Of a DNA stretch of 64,000 nucleotides, positions 35,294 through 45,300 are shown piece by piece. How positions within the stretch are numbered: the first letter of the stretch is position 1; the number at the start of each line of letters is the position of its first letter. Origin of the DNA: Solirubrobacterales bacterium (GTDB lineage Bacteria; Actinomycetota; Thermoleophilia; Solirubrobacterales; 70-9); assembly GCA_019694145.1 (NCBI GenBank), contig JAIBCJ010000003.1:1736-65735 (forward strand), in the 5' to 3' direction. Position numbers and translations under genes: made by a program. Below the pieces are notes generated by a model. It saw nothing but the letters and a program-made list of their open reading frames with translations, made no database searches and was not told the origin of the DNA.

Positions 35294-36454
35294 TCAGAAG
35301 GTGCGGTAGCCGCCGGCCCCGGGCCCGCCGCGCCGGCGCCTTGGTGCCGGTCCGCCGTCGCCTTCGCCGGAATCGCCACGCTCCCATTCCGGAGCGGTGC
35401 TGGAGGCGGCGCGGAGAGCTTCCTGCCGGGCACGGTCGGCTGCGGCCTGGACGTCATCCTCGGCCGACTGGCGGGCCAGCTCGGCCCGGCGATCCGCCTC
35501 GCGCTGGATCCGCTCGTCTTCTTCGCGCAGGCGTTCATCGGCGCGTCGCCGTGCGTTCTCCTCGGCTTCGCGGCCGAAACGCTCGATCAGCTCCTCGACC
35601 CGCTCGGCCGCCTCGCGGCGAACCTGCTCGGTGCCTTCCATCACGCGACGGTCAACGTCGGCCTCGATCTCGGCGATCCGCTGGCGGGCCAGCGACTCGA
35701 ATTCATTCGCATGCGCTTCGGCCTGGGCGGCCCTCTCCTGGGCCTTGCGGGTCCGCTCGTCGGCGGCCTCGATCCGGTTCTTGGCTTCGCGCTCGGCGGC
35801 CTGGCGGGCTTCCTTGGCCAGCCGCTCGGCCACCTCCTCAAGGTGCCGGGTGCGGGCCGCGAGGCGTTCCTCGCCCTCGGCAGCAACCTTTGCCATCGCC
35901 TCGTCGCGGGTTTCGCGCTCCTGCTTGAGCGTGCCTTCGACGCGCTTCAGGTCGGCTTCGACCCTGGCCTGGGCTTCGCGCTGGTCGGCATCCTTCTGCT
36001 CAAGCTCCTTGGCCTTCTCCTCCGCCTCGAGCCGTGCCTTGCGCGAGGCTTCGATCTTCTCGCGGGCCTCGGCGCTCAGCTTTCGCAGGGTTTCGCGGGC
36101 CTTGGTCTTGATCTCTTCCCGGGCCTCGGCGACGTCACGGGTGGCCTGGGCCTTGACCGCTTCGACCCGTTGGTCGGCGGTCGCGGCGGCCGCCCGGTCC
36201 CGTTCGGCTTCCGCCTTGGCCTTGCGGGCTTCGGTCAGGGAGTCGCGGGCGGTGGCGAGAGCCTTGAGTTCGGCTTCACGGGAAGCGATCTCGGCCTCGC
36301 GTGCCTTTGACTCGCTGGCGGAGAGTTCCTTGGCCAGCGTTTCAATCCGCGAGTTGAGTTTGGCCGACGCCTCGCCGACCTGGCGCAGCTCGGGGGGCAG
36401 CCCGTTTCCGGAGCCTGCCTCTTCCGCAGACGGAGCTGAAGTGGTATCGCTCAT
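35294..36454 (-). CDS. Ala/Glu/Arg/Lys-rich long coiled-coil protein of unknown function
   Basis: 386-aa ORF co-directional with its neighbours. About 300 aa of uninterrupted charged helical sequence (AEAERDRAAAATADQRVEAVKAQ...). Gly/Arg-rich C-terminus. Two long opposite-strand ORFs also cover this region, so strand assignment is by plausibility. Confidence 0.6.
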   Translation of the reverse strand: MSDTTSAPSAEEAGSGNGLPPELRQVGEASAKLNSRIETLAKELSASESKAREAEIASREAELKALATARDSLTEARKAKAEAERDRAAAATADQRVEAVKAQATRDVAEAREEIKTKARETLRKLSAEAREKIEASRKARLEAEEKAKELEQKDADQREAQARVEADLKRVEGTLKQERETRDEAMAKVAAEGEERLAARTRHLEEVAERLAKEARQAAEREAKNRIEAADERTRKAQERAAQAEAHANEFESLARQRIAEIEADVDRRVMEGTEQVRREAAERVEELIERFGREAEENARRRADERLREEDERIQREADRRAELARQSAEDDVQAAADRARQEALRAASSTAPEWERGDSGEGDGGPAPRRRRGGPGAGGYRTF

Positions 36455-36499
36455 CGCCTAAAAACTACTACGCAACCCCACGGATCGCCCGATCCGCGG

Positions 36500-38119
36500 T
36501 CAGGCAAGATCCTTTTTCAGGATCTTGCCCGTGGCGTTTCTGGGAAGTTCCGGCAGGAAGATCACGTCGCGGGGGGCCTTGTAGGAGGCGAGGTTGGCCT
36601 TCACGTACTTGCGGACGCCGTCTTCGTCGAGCGAATCGGGCGTTTTCAGCACCACGTACGCCCGGAGCGCCTGGCCGAACTTCTCGTCATCGACTCCGAT
36701 CACGGCCGACTCGACCACCTGGTCGTGACCGGAGATCAGGTCTTCGACCTCGGCGGGGTACACGTTCTCCCCGCCGGAGATGATCATCTCGTCGTCGCGG
36801 CCGTCGATGTAGAGCCGGCCGTCTTCGTCGAAGTGGCCGACGTCGCCGCTTGAGAGGTAGCCGTCAAGGTTCTCCTTGTTGCCCCCTCCGGTGTAGCCGT
36901 CGAAGGTCATTTCATTGCGGATGAAGATCCGCCCGGTCTCCCCGTGAGGGACCTCGTCGCCGAACTCGTCGACCAGCCGGACGCTGGTCCCGTACGGCGG
37001 CCGGCCTGCCGTGGCCGGGTCATGGCGCAGATCCTCGGGGGTGGCGATCGAACCCATCGCGACCTCGGTCGAACCGTAGAAGTTGTAGATGTTGTCGCCG
37101 TAGCGATCCATCCAGGCGGTCGCCAGACCACCCGGCAGGGCCGACCCGGAAAGCGTCACGATCCCCAGCTTGCTCGCCTTGAAGTGCTTGCTGGTCTCGG
37201 CGTCCAGTTCGAGGATGCGCTGGAGCATGACCGGCACCGCGACCAGCGCGTCGGCGTCGTATTCGTCCACCAGCTCCATCGTCCGTGCCGGGTTGAAGCG
37301 CCGCTGGAGGACGAGCCGGGCCCCGACCGAAGTGCCGATGATCGAGTTGAGATAGCCCCAGGAATGAAACAGGGGCGCTGCCATCACGATCGTCTCTCCG
37401 GAGAAGTGCGGGATCCGGTCGAGCATGCCGACCATCACCGAAAGACCGCTCGGGGCGGGCCGCTGGGCGCCTTTGGGAGTGCCCGTGGTGCCGGAAGTCA
37501 GGATGACGTTGCGACCCTTTTCGCTCGGCCAGGGCAGCTCGCCGTCGTCATTCCCGGCGATCAGGTCCTCGAGGCTGGGCAGGCCCGAGGTGCCCGGTTC
37601 ATCCTCGAACCCGCAGACCCGGCCGATGCCTCCCGGAACGCCAGAGAGCAGCTCCTCGAACTCCTGGTCCAGGACCACGGCTTTGGCGCCTTCGCGTTCG
37701 ATCACGTCGGAAAGTTGCGGGCCCGAGAACATGGTGTTGAGCAGGATCACGTTGGCACCGAGCTTCCAGCCGGCCAGGTTGGTCTCGACGAAGCCGCGGT
37801 GGTTTCGGCACATCACGGCCAGACCGTCGCCGGGGCCGATTCCGAGCCCGGCGAAGGCGTGAGCGAGGGCGTTGCTTCGCCGGTGAACTTCGGCGAAAGT
37901 CAGGGAGCCGCGTTCATCCTCCAGATAGACCCGGTCCCCGTTCTTGACGGCGGCGACGCGAATCGCGGTCGCGGGAGTCGTCCCGCCCCGGATCAGGGCC
38001 GAGGCAGCAACCGGGAGCGCAGCCGGGCCGAGCCCGCCGACCACCCCGGCCTTGTGCAGGGTGCGGATTTCAAATGCCTTGTTGGCGACGGCCTGGGCGG
38101 CCGACTTGACCGGGTTCAT
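36500..38119 (-). CDS. AMP-dependent acyl-CoA synthetase/ligase
   Basis: AMP-binding motif LTSGTTGTPKGA and C-terminal GKILKKDL. Confidence 0.85.
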   Translation of the reverse strand: MNPVKSAAQAVANKAFEIRTLHKAGVVGGLGPAALPVAASALIRGGTTPATAIRVAAVKNGDRVYLEDERGSLTFAEVHRRSNALAHAFAGLGIGPGDGLAVMCRNHRGFVETNLAGWKLGANVILLNTMFSGPQLSDVIEREGAKAVVLDQEFEELLSGVPGGIGRVCGFEDEPGTSGLPSLEDLIAGNDDGELPWPSEKGRNVILTSGTTGTPKGAQRPAPSGLSVMVGMLDRIPHFSGETIVMAAPLFHSWGYLNSIIGTSVGARLVLQRRFNPARTMELVDEYDADALVAVPVMLQRILELDAETSKHFKASKLGIVTLSGSALPGGLATAWMDRYGDNIYNFYGSTEVAMGSIATPEDLRHDPATAGRPPYGTSVRLVDEFGDEVPHGETGRIFIRNEMTFDGYTGGGNKENLDGYLSSGDVGHFDEDGRLYIDGRDDEMIISGGENVYPAEVEDLISGHDQVVESAVIGVDDEKFGQALRAYVVLKTPDSLDEDGVRKYVKANLASYKAPRDVIFLPELPRNATGKILKKDLA

Positions 38120-38142
38120 CGAGGAATGACTCTACTTGAGGA

Positions 38143-38604
38143 TCAGTCGAGATTGACGGCGGCAACAGCCATGCAGGCGATCCCTTCGCCCCGGCCGATC
38201 CACCCCATCTGCTCATTCGTGGTTGCCTTGACGCTTACCCGGCTCCCCGTTATTTCAGACAACCTTGCGACCATGGCCGGACGGTGGGGGCCCAGCTTTG
38301 GCTGCTCGCAGATCAAGGTGGCATCGACGTTTGTGATCGGCCCCCGCAGCATCCCGATTACCGTGCTGAGCAGGCTGATCGAGTCGGCGCCTTCCCAGGC
38401 CGGATCGGTATCAGGGAAGACCTCGCCGATGTCACCGAGCCCGGCGGCACCGAGGACAGCGTCAATGATCGCGTGGGTCAGAACGTCGGCGTCCGAGTGA
38501 CCGCTCAGGCCCATCTCGTGAGGAACCTCCACCCCGCCGAGGATCAGCCTGCGGTCATCCGCGAAGCGGTGGGAGTCGTATCCGATGCCGACGCTGATTG
38601 CCAT
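38143..38604 (-). CDS. ispF: 2-C-methyl-D-erythritol 2,4-cyclodiphosphate synthase
   Basis: GIGYDSHRF and GHSDADVLTHAIIDA signature. Confidence 0.92.
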   Translation of the reverse strand: MAISVGIGYDSHRFADDRRLILGGVEVPHEMGLSGHSDADVLTHAIIDAVLGAAGLGDIGEVFPDTDPAWEGADSISLLSTVIGMLRGPITNVDATLICEQPKLGPHRPAMVARLSEITGSRVSVKATTNEQMGWIGRGEGIACMAVAAVNLD

Positions 38605-38644
38605 CAGCGGGGATAGTCGCAGGATCCGCAGTCGACGGGGCAGC

Positions 38645-39367
38645 TCATGCGCGGATGCGCAGCGGGGTTCCCGGCCGGACCCGCTTCTTCAGGGCGAGGA
38701 TCACCTTGTTGTAGACCCGCAGGCAGCCGTGGCTGGCGCGAAGGCCGACCGACCAGGTTTCACTGGTGCCGTGCAGCCCGACGATCCCGCCTCGCGGCCA
38801 GTCGGTAATTGCCGCATAGGCGCTGGTCTCGAAGGCCCAGGGGCCGAGAAAGTCATCACCGGGGACGAAACCCGCGGTCAGGTAGAAGTGGCCGAGCGGG
38901 GTCGGTGCGTCGGGGGTGCCAACCGCAACCTTCGTTTTCATGACCATTCGTTTGTGGCGGTAGAGCCGCAGGCGCCGCTGACTGCGGTCGATCACGATCC
39001 GGAATGGCCCGGCGCTCCGCAGCAGACGAATCCGCGAACCCCTGACCCAGCCGGTGCGACCGTTCGGGCGGCCGGGGATCCTGACCTTGAGCCACTCGCC
39101 CTGGCCGGTTTCCCGCCGGTCAATCGCGAAGAAGACGGTGGGCCGGTAGTCGAAACGAAACGCCTTCATCACCGCCCTGACCGGGGCCTTCGATATCGGT
39201 CTCGCCCGCACCGCAATCCGGGGGGCTAGCGCCTCACCGACCGCCGGTAGCGCCACCTTCTCCGCGAAGGCTTCGGGGCGCGCTGCGCTGGCCGCTGCGG
39301 AGCCATCCCAGACGAGCAGCAGCGAAAGAGAAACCAGCACCCCGGTTACTACACCCCGCCGGACCAT
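38645..39367 (-). CDS. L,D-transpeptidase (YkuD domain), exported
   Basis: Signal/TM N-terminus. Catalytic motif GLHGT...SHGCLRV. The start is 2 nt after the stop of the giant upstream gene. Confidence 0.85.
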   Translation of the reverse strand: MVRRGVVTGVLVSLSLLLVWDGSAAASAARPEAFAEKVALPAVGEALAPRIAVRARPISKAPVRAVMKAFRFDYRPTVFFAIDRRETGQGEWLKVRIPGRPNGRTGWVRGSRIRLLRSAGPFRIVIDRSQRRLRLYRHKRMVMKTKVAVGTPDAPTPLGHFYLTAGFVPGDDFLGPWAFETSAYAAITDWPRGGIVGLHGTSETWSVGLRASHGCLRVYNKVILALKKRVRPGTPLRIRA

Positions 39368-39369
39368 GG

Positions 39370-42300
39370 CTAACCGGTCAGCTGGTTACCGGCGCCGGCA
39401 GCGTCCAGGTCACTGGCCCCGATCCGGAACCGGCAACGCGTGGCATTGGGCGCGGTAACCACGAGGTAACCCTGACCGTTGGGACGGACCCTGAGGCGGG
39501 CCATGCCCTTGCCGTTGGTCCGAGCCGAGTCACCCGTGCCCTGACCCCTGGCGACCACGGTGATGCCGATGGCCGGACGGCCTTCGGGAGTCCGCAGACG
39601 GACGGTCAGCACCGTGGTCTTGTTGATGTCGATCGTCCGCGGGGTCACGTTCATCGCCCGGCAGGTTTCCTGGCGCTTCGGTGCGAGCACCGCCTTCTGG
39701 TGACTTTGCGGCACGCTCACCGTCCAGCGGGCCTCCGTACTGGTCGCCCGGGCGGTGAAGTGGACCTTGCCCTTGCCGTTAGTGGTCAGGATCCGCAGCT
39801 TGCCGCTGGCGCCACCCTTGCCGTTGCCCTTGATCCGGACCGGGAGCCCGATCGCCGGAGCTCCGGCTCTCGTCCGCAGGGTCGCCTTGACGATCGTCTT
39901 CTGGCCGACCCAGACGAAGGCCGGGTTCAGGGCCAGAGACCCGCCCTCGCAGATCGCGCCCTTCTTCGTGCGGACGGTGTCCTGATCATTGTCCGGGTTC
40001 GGGTCTCCCGGCAGGTGCACGTGGCCGGTGTTGCCGATCGGCCGGAAGAGCAGGTTTTCGCGGGCAACCACCCTGATCGTGATCAGGGGGAATGAATCAC
40101 CGGGCTCGAGCACGTCGGAGCGGGTGCAGGTGACCTTCTGGCCGCTGATCGCGCAGCTCCAGCCGTTGCCGTAGGCGGCCTCCGGCCTGAGCACATCGGG
40201 AATGCGGTCGGTCACGGTGGTGGTGCCCCCGGTCGGCTGGTCACCGACGTTGGTCACCAGCAGGGTGTAGTTACGGTTCTTGCCCTCGGGGAAGTACGGG
40301 GGGCCGGTCTTCTCGATCGCCAGGTCGGTGTTTTCCGCCGGGTTGGTGGTGCAGGAATGGTTGTTGTCGCCGTCCGGGTCCGGGGTCGGGCTGGCCACGT
40401 CGGCGCAGTTCGTGTACTCCCCGCCTTCGAGCACGTTCACCGACACGTCGATCACCACGGTCTGGCCGGGGTCGAGATCACCGAGATCGCAGGAGAAGTC
40501 CTGTCCGGAACCGCTGCAGCTGCCGACCGGGGTCGTGGCGCCGGCATAGGTCAGGTTCTCCGGCAGCGTGTCGGTGACGGTCACTCCGCGGGCGACGCTG
40601 GGGCCGTGGTTGGTGACGGTCAGTTTGTAGCTGCCGGTCTGGCCGGCGAAGAGCGGCTCGTCGATCGACTTCCCGATCCCGACGTCGGCCGACTCGGTCG
40701 GGATCACGTCGTCTTCTGAATGGTTGTTGGCCGGGTTCGAATCGTCGATGTAGGGGTCGTCGACATCGGCCGGGTTGGTCAGGGTCTGGCCGACCGTGCC
40801 GGCCCCGACCGCCGTGGTCAGGTGGATCGTCACTTCGTCATCGACGTTCATCTGCCCGATCTGGCAATGCATGGTTCCCGCCGGGTTTTCCGCACAGGTC
40901 CCCTGGGAGGAAGTGGCGCTCACGTAGGTGAGCCCGGCCGGCAGGACGTCACTTACCTCGACGTCAGGCGAGACCTTGGGCCCGTTGTTCTTCACCACGA
41001 GGGTCCAGGTCGTGTTCGTGCCCGCCGTCGGGGCCGGGTCATCGGCGGTCTTGACGATCTGGATGTCGGTGACCGGAGTTTCGAGGGTCGCCGTGGCGTC
41101 ATCGTCGTCCGTGTATGGCCCGTCTCCGGAGGCGGTAGCGCCGGAAGTGTCTTCCCCGATTGCCTCGGCCTCGTTCACATGCGGGTTGGTCAGCCCCGGA
41201 TCGATCGCCGCTTCCGGCTCCGGGATCGCGTTGAAGGAGACAACGGCGTTCTGGACTCCGACCAGATTCGCGATGTTCGACCAGACCAGGACGTCACCGG
41301 TCGGGTTCTGGGTGATCGTCGGATTGACCTGGCCGCCCGGGGTCAGGGTGCCGGTGCCGGTGATCTGGGCCGAGTTCGGCACATAGGTCCAGTTCGGCGG
41401 CAGGGTGTCGGTCAGATCGACGCCGAGCAGGCTGCTGCCCGTGTTCGGATTGGTGATCAGGATCCGCCACGGGAAGGGCGTCTCGGTCTGGGCGTCACCG
41501 GTGTCGGGGAACTGCGGCAGCCCGGTCGTCTTGTCGAGGGTAACGGTCGGGACCAGCACCGTCATGGTCACGGTGTCGTTGTTGCCCTCGTACTCCCGGT
41601 AGTCGATGCCGGCGTTGTCCGGATCCTCGCGTTCCCCGGCCGAAACGCCCCAATAGGAAGGCAGCTCGGCGGTGTTCACTACCTGCTGCATGTTGTGCAG
41701 CTGGGCGGACGGCACCAGATCGGCCGTGTAGGTAAGGGTGACCGACTCGCCGGGATCGATCGGGCCGGGTATGAACCACTGGATCGGATCATTCGAATTG
41801 ACGGGAAGGACCGGCACCTCGAAGACCGGCGAATGGTTGACCTGGATGTTGGTCAGCGCCGGGTCAGGCTGGTCGGTGACCGTCAGGTCATAGGCCGGGG
41901 AAGTCCCGTTGTTGGTGACCTTGATCGAGAACGTGTAGCTGTCACCGGGCTGCGTGGTCCGGGAATCGTCTTGGTCATCGTCACCGGAAACCGATTTGTC
42001 GAGTGCCAGGTCGGGCTCGACCACGGTCGTGGTGTGATCGTCATCGAGGCTCCGGTCGAAGGTGGAGGGATCCGGCGGAGAGGTCGGCGGCACCGTGACC
42101 TTGTCGGTCAGGTTGTAGAGCAGGGTCGCCGTGTTGACCAGGGCATCGCCGTCCAGCACAGGTCCGCCGGGCGGCACCTGGTACTGGTCGGCGACATGGG
42201 CCCTGTAGGTGAGGGCCACGACCCGGCTGTCGGGCGCCGCGGGCACGTCGCCAATCCACCAGCCGATCCGCTGGCCGGTCCCGTTCGGCACCACGCCCAG

Positions 42301-45300
42301 GGTGGAAATCGTGACCGGCCCGGAACATCCCTCGATGCATTCCTCGCTGACGTAATTGTCGAAGATCAGCCCGTTGGGAAGGTCATCCTCCACGGTTCCG
42401 TCGTAGTTGGTCAGGTTGGCGGCGATCGAAGCGAAGACGGTCACGGTCACGTGTTGGCCGATCGTCGCCTGGGCGGGAAGGCCGGTCTTGACGATCGCCG
42501 GGGAACTCACTTCGACCGGGACTTCGTCCGAAACCAGGTAGCCGGGTGCCGCGGTCGAAGAATCACGCTCCACGGTCGGGGTGCCGGGCATCGAGGTGGT
42601 TGCCGCCTGGGCGTGGTTGATCAGGAGGTCGGAACCGACGGCCGGGTTGTCGACCCTGGCCTGGTAGGTGATGTTCGTGATCGCACCGGGATTGATCGTC
42701 GGGATCGTCGGCCAGGTGATCGTGCGCGTCGCAAGGTTCCAGATGCCGCCATCCGGATTCACGGTGCCACCATCGGCGACCGGCACTCCGCCGTTGGCCG
42801 GCGTCAGACCGACCGGCACCTTGTCGGTCAGCACCGTGTTGTTGGCGGTCGAGACCCTAGCCGCCGAGCCGTTCGAAACCTGGATCGTGTAGTTGAGCAG
42901 ATCGTTCGGACTCACCGGTCCGTCATCGTCGACTGTCTTGTCGATCGAGATCCGTGGCTCGACGATCGTGGTGTTGACCGACCCGGAGGCGCTGCGGTTG
43001 GTGCCGTTGGTGTCCTTCCAGCTCAGGGTTCCGGTATTCGGCATCGTGTACTGGGTCGAGTTGCCCTGGGCGTAGTTGGTCGGATAGACGTCCCGCACGA
43101 TCGCCCCGAAAGTAAGGACGATCACGTCATCGCCGCTGTGTTCCGGGTTCGAATACGGGTTGGGGAAATCGACCTTTACGACGTTGCCGGTCTGGGTCAA
43201 AGTGAGCCCGGCCGTCGGCAGTGGCACCGGTCCGCCGCCCGTGCCGTTGTCCAGGGTGGCGCTGGCAGAAAGCGGAACCACGGTCATCCGGGAGCTCACG
43301 TTGTCAACCAGGGCGGTCGGCCCGTAGAGGCGTGTGCCCTGCGGAATCGTGGCGGTCACCGTGTAGTTGATTCGCTCACCGATCGTGGCCTGGGTGGTCG
43401 GACTGTTGCCCGGCTGGTTGATGTCGGTGACCCTGGTCTTGACGGTGGTTGAAGATTCGATCACCACGTTTGAGGGATCCTTGGCCGCGGGCGCGTTGGC
43501 GTTCGGATCCAGGGTCGGGTCGATGTTGTTTTCCGGCACCTGGACATAGGGGCCGGAACCACTGGAAGAAGCGAACTCGCGAACACCGGCAGTGTTGTTG
43601 AGCACGTCCCCGCCGCTCAAGCCATCAGGTATTTCAACGGTGTAAGTCAGGGTCAGGTTGCCGGTGGCGGGAACGGTCAGCCCCGACCATTCGATCCGGT
43701 TCTGCCCCGCGTTGCAGGTACCGCCGTTCGAGATCGAACCGGCGTCGACGTCGGCACAGGTGACCTGCGGCGGCAGGATGTCCCAGACCTGCGTGTTGAT
43801 CGCGTTCACCGAGCCGTCGTTGGTCACGTCGACGCGATAGGTCACGTCATCGCCTCCGTCGACGACGGCCCCGTCAACGTTTGGAGGGTTGCCCGCCGGC
43901 GGCTGTCCGTTGACCTTGTAGACCCCCTTGAGGAGACTGATCTCGGGCTGGGACCTTTCGAAATCCTCTTCGTCCCGAAGCGGGAACGAGGTTCCGTCGG
44001 AGTTGGTGTAGACCGCCTTCATCAGGTTGCCTTCGATGTCACCGTCCACGGAATCGGTGCTGCGCTGGACCTTCGTTGCGAAGACCACGTCGAAGACCTT
44101 GCCGGGCTGGACTTCACCCCCGCCGTCGTTGAGGGCCCAGCGGAGGCCGGAGGTACCAAACAGGTCGGGCTGCGGGGGCGAGCCGGTGAAGATGCCGACC
44201 GTGTTGGAGGGCAGCGCCACGGTGCTGTTGAAGACATAGGTCGTGCCGGGCGGGATGTAATCGCCGACGAACACGTTGCTGGTCGTCAGGTTGTTCGGGA
44301 ACGACATGGTCAGGCGCCAGCAGATGGTGTCACCCGGGCTGGCGACCGGGGTGATGCCGCTCGCGTAGTCGTTCAGGCTGCCGCAGTTTCCGTTGACGGT
44401 CGGGCTTACCTGCTTGTTGATGCTGGGCCCGGACCCGACCTGGGTCGCGTCCGAATCGTCATCGAGAACGGTGCCATCGGTGAAGTCGGTGTCGATCTTG
44501 TCCGGGCTCAGGTTCGGGCAGGGCGAGGGGGCACCGGGGGCACAGATGACCCAGGCGGCCCCGGCTATGTCTACGTCGTTCCGGCCGGTGTCGTTGGAGA
44601 GGACCGGGGTTGAATTCACGTAGTTCTGCTGGAAGTACTCGCGGGTCTTCGTCGGGAAGCTGATCGTCAGGTTGCTGTTCGGATTGATCGTCCCGAGTGC
44701 GGGAGCGGTGCTCGAATCCCAGGTGATCTGCCAGGTGCCGTTGGTCTGCTCGACCGCCGAGGTGTAGGGAACCGACGGGTTGTTGCCGGTCGGGTTGCAC
44801 TCGGCGGTTGCCGGCGGCGGGGTGTGCTCGTAGTTGACCGGGCCCAGCGGGCAGTAGCCGTCGCCGAGCGTGTCGCTGACCTCGACATCCTCGAAGTAGC
44901 GGTACTCGCTGGTCGCGATCGCCAGCGACCAGGTGCTGATCTGGCCGACCGCCAGACCGGCCGGCGTGACCGACTTGACGATCCTGATGTCAACCGCCTG
45001 AACGGTGTGGTCCTCGGAGTCAGTGACCTCGGTCGGGCCGCCCGGGCCCTGATGGTCGGAGGTCACCTTCGCGTGGTTGGTCAGCCCCTGGAGGTGGGTG
45101 GTTTCGGGACCCGAATTGTTGTCGAGGTTGGAACCCTGCGTCCCGGTTACCGGAGGAACACCGTTGGTCCAGGTCATGGTGTTCTGCCGGATCGGCACTG
45201 CCGCCACGTACTGGATCCGGAGCTGGCCGGAAGGCCCCAGGTTGCCGAGGTTGTTCCAGACCACATGCGTGTAGACCCCGGCCGGCAAGCCTGAGGGGTT

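Noticed and set aside
35277-35387. N-terminal extension of cysS (MGAWRFRRRRRR...), with a similar extension of the CWB2 ORF at 6279..6425
   Set aside because: The Arg-rich leaders overlap neighbouring genes, and internal starts restore canonical N-termini.
36944-38500. 518-aa plus-strand ORF opposite the acyl-CoA ligase and ispF. Similar antisense ORFs occur at 2949..4067, 4191..5222, 15217..16206, 25743..26798 and 58555..59631.
   Set aside because: Each lies opposite a confidently identified conserved gene and translates to low-complexity Arg/Gly/Asp-rich sequence. These are high-GC shadow ORFs.
39370-39393. C-terminal ...NQLTG of the giant protein as a sortase (LPXTG/LAXTG) signal
   Set aside because: The motif is at the very C-terminus with no following hydrophobic segment or positive tail, and no Pro/Ala at position 2. 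No sortase gene is in the window.
40720-43452. 910-aa plus-strand ORF, with several shorter ones, antisense to the giant DUF11 gene
   Set aside because: The product is R/G/D/V/H-rich low complexity with no motifs or signal peptide, as expected of a shadow ORF in high-GC DNA. The minus-strand frame has a signal peptide and repeated, recognisable domains.
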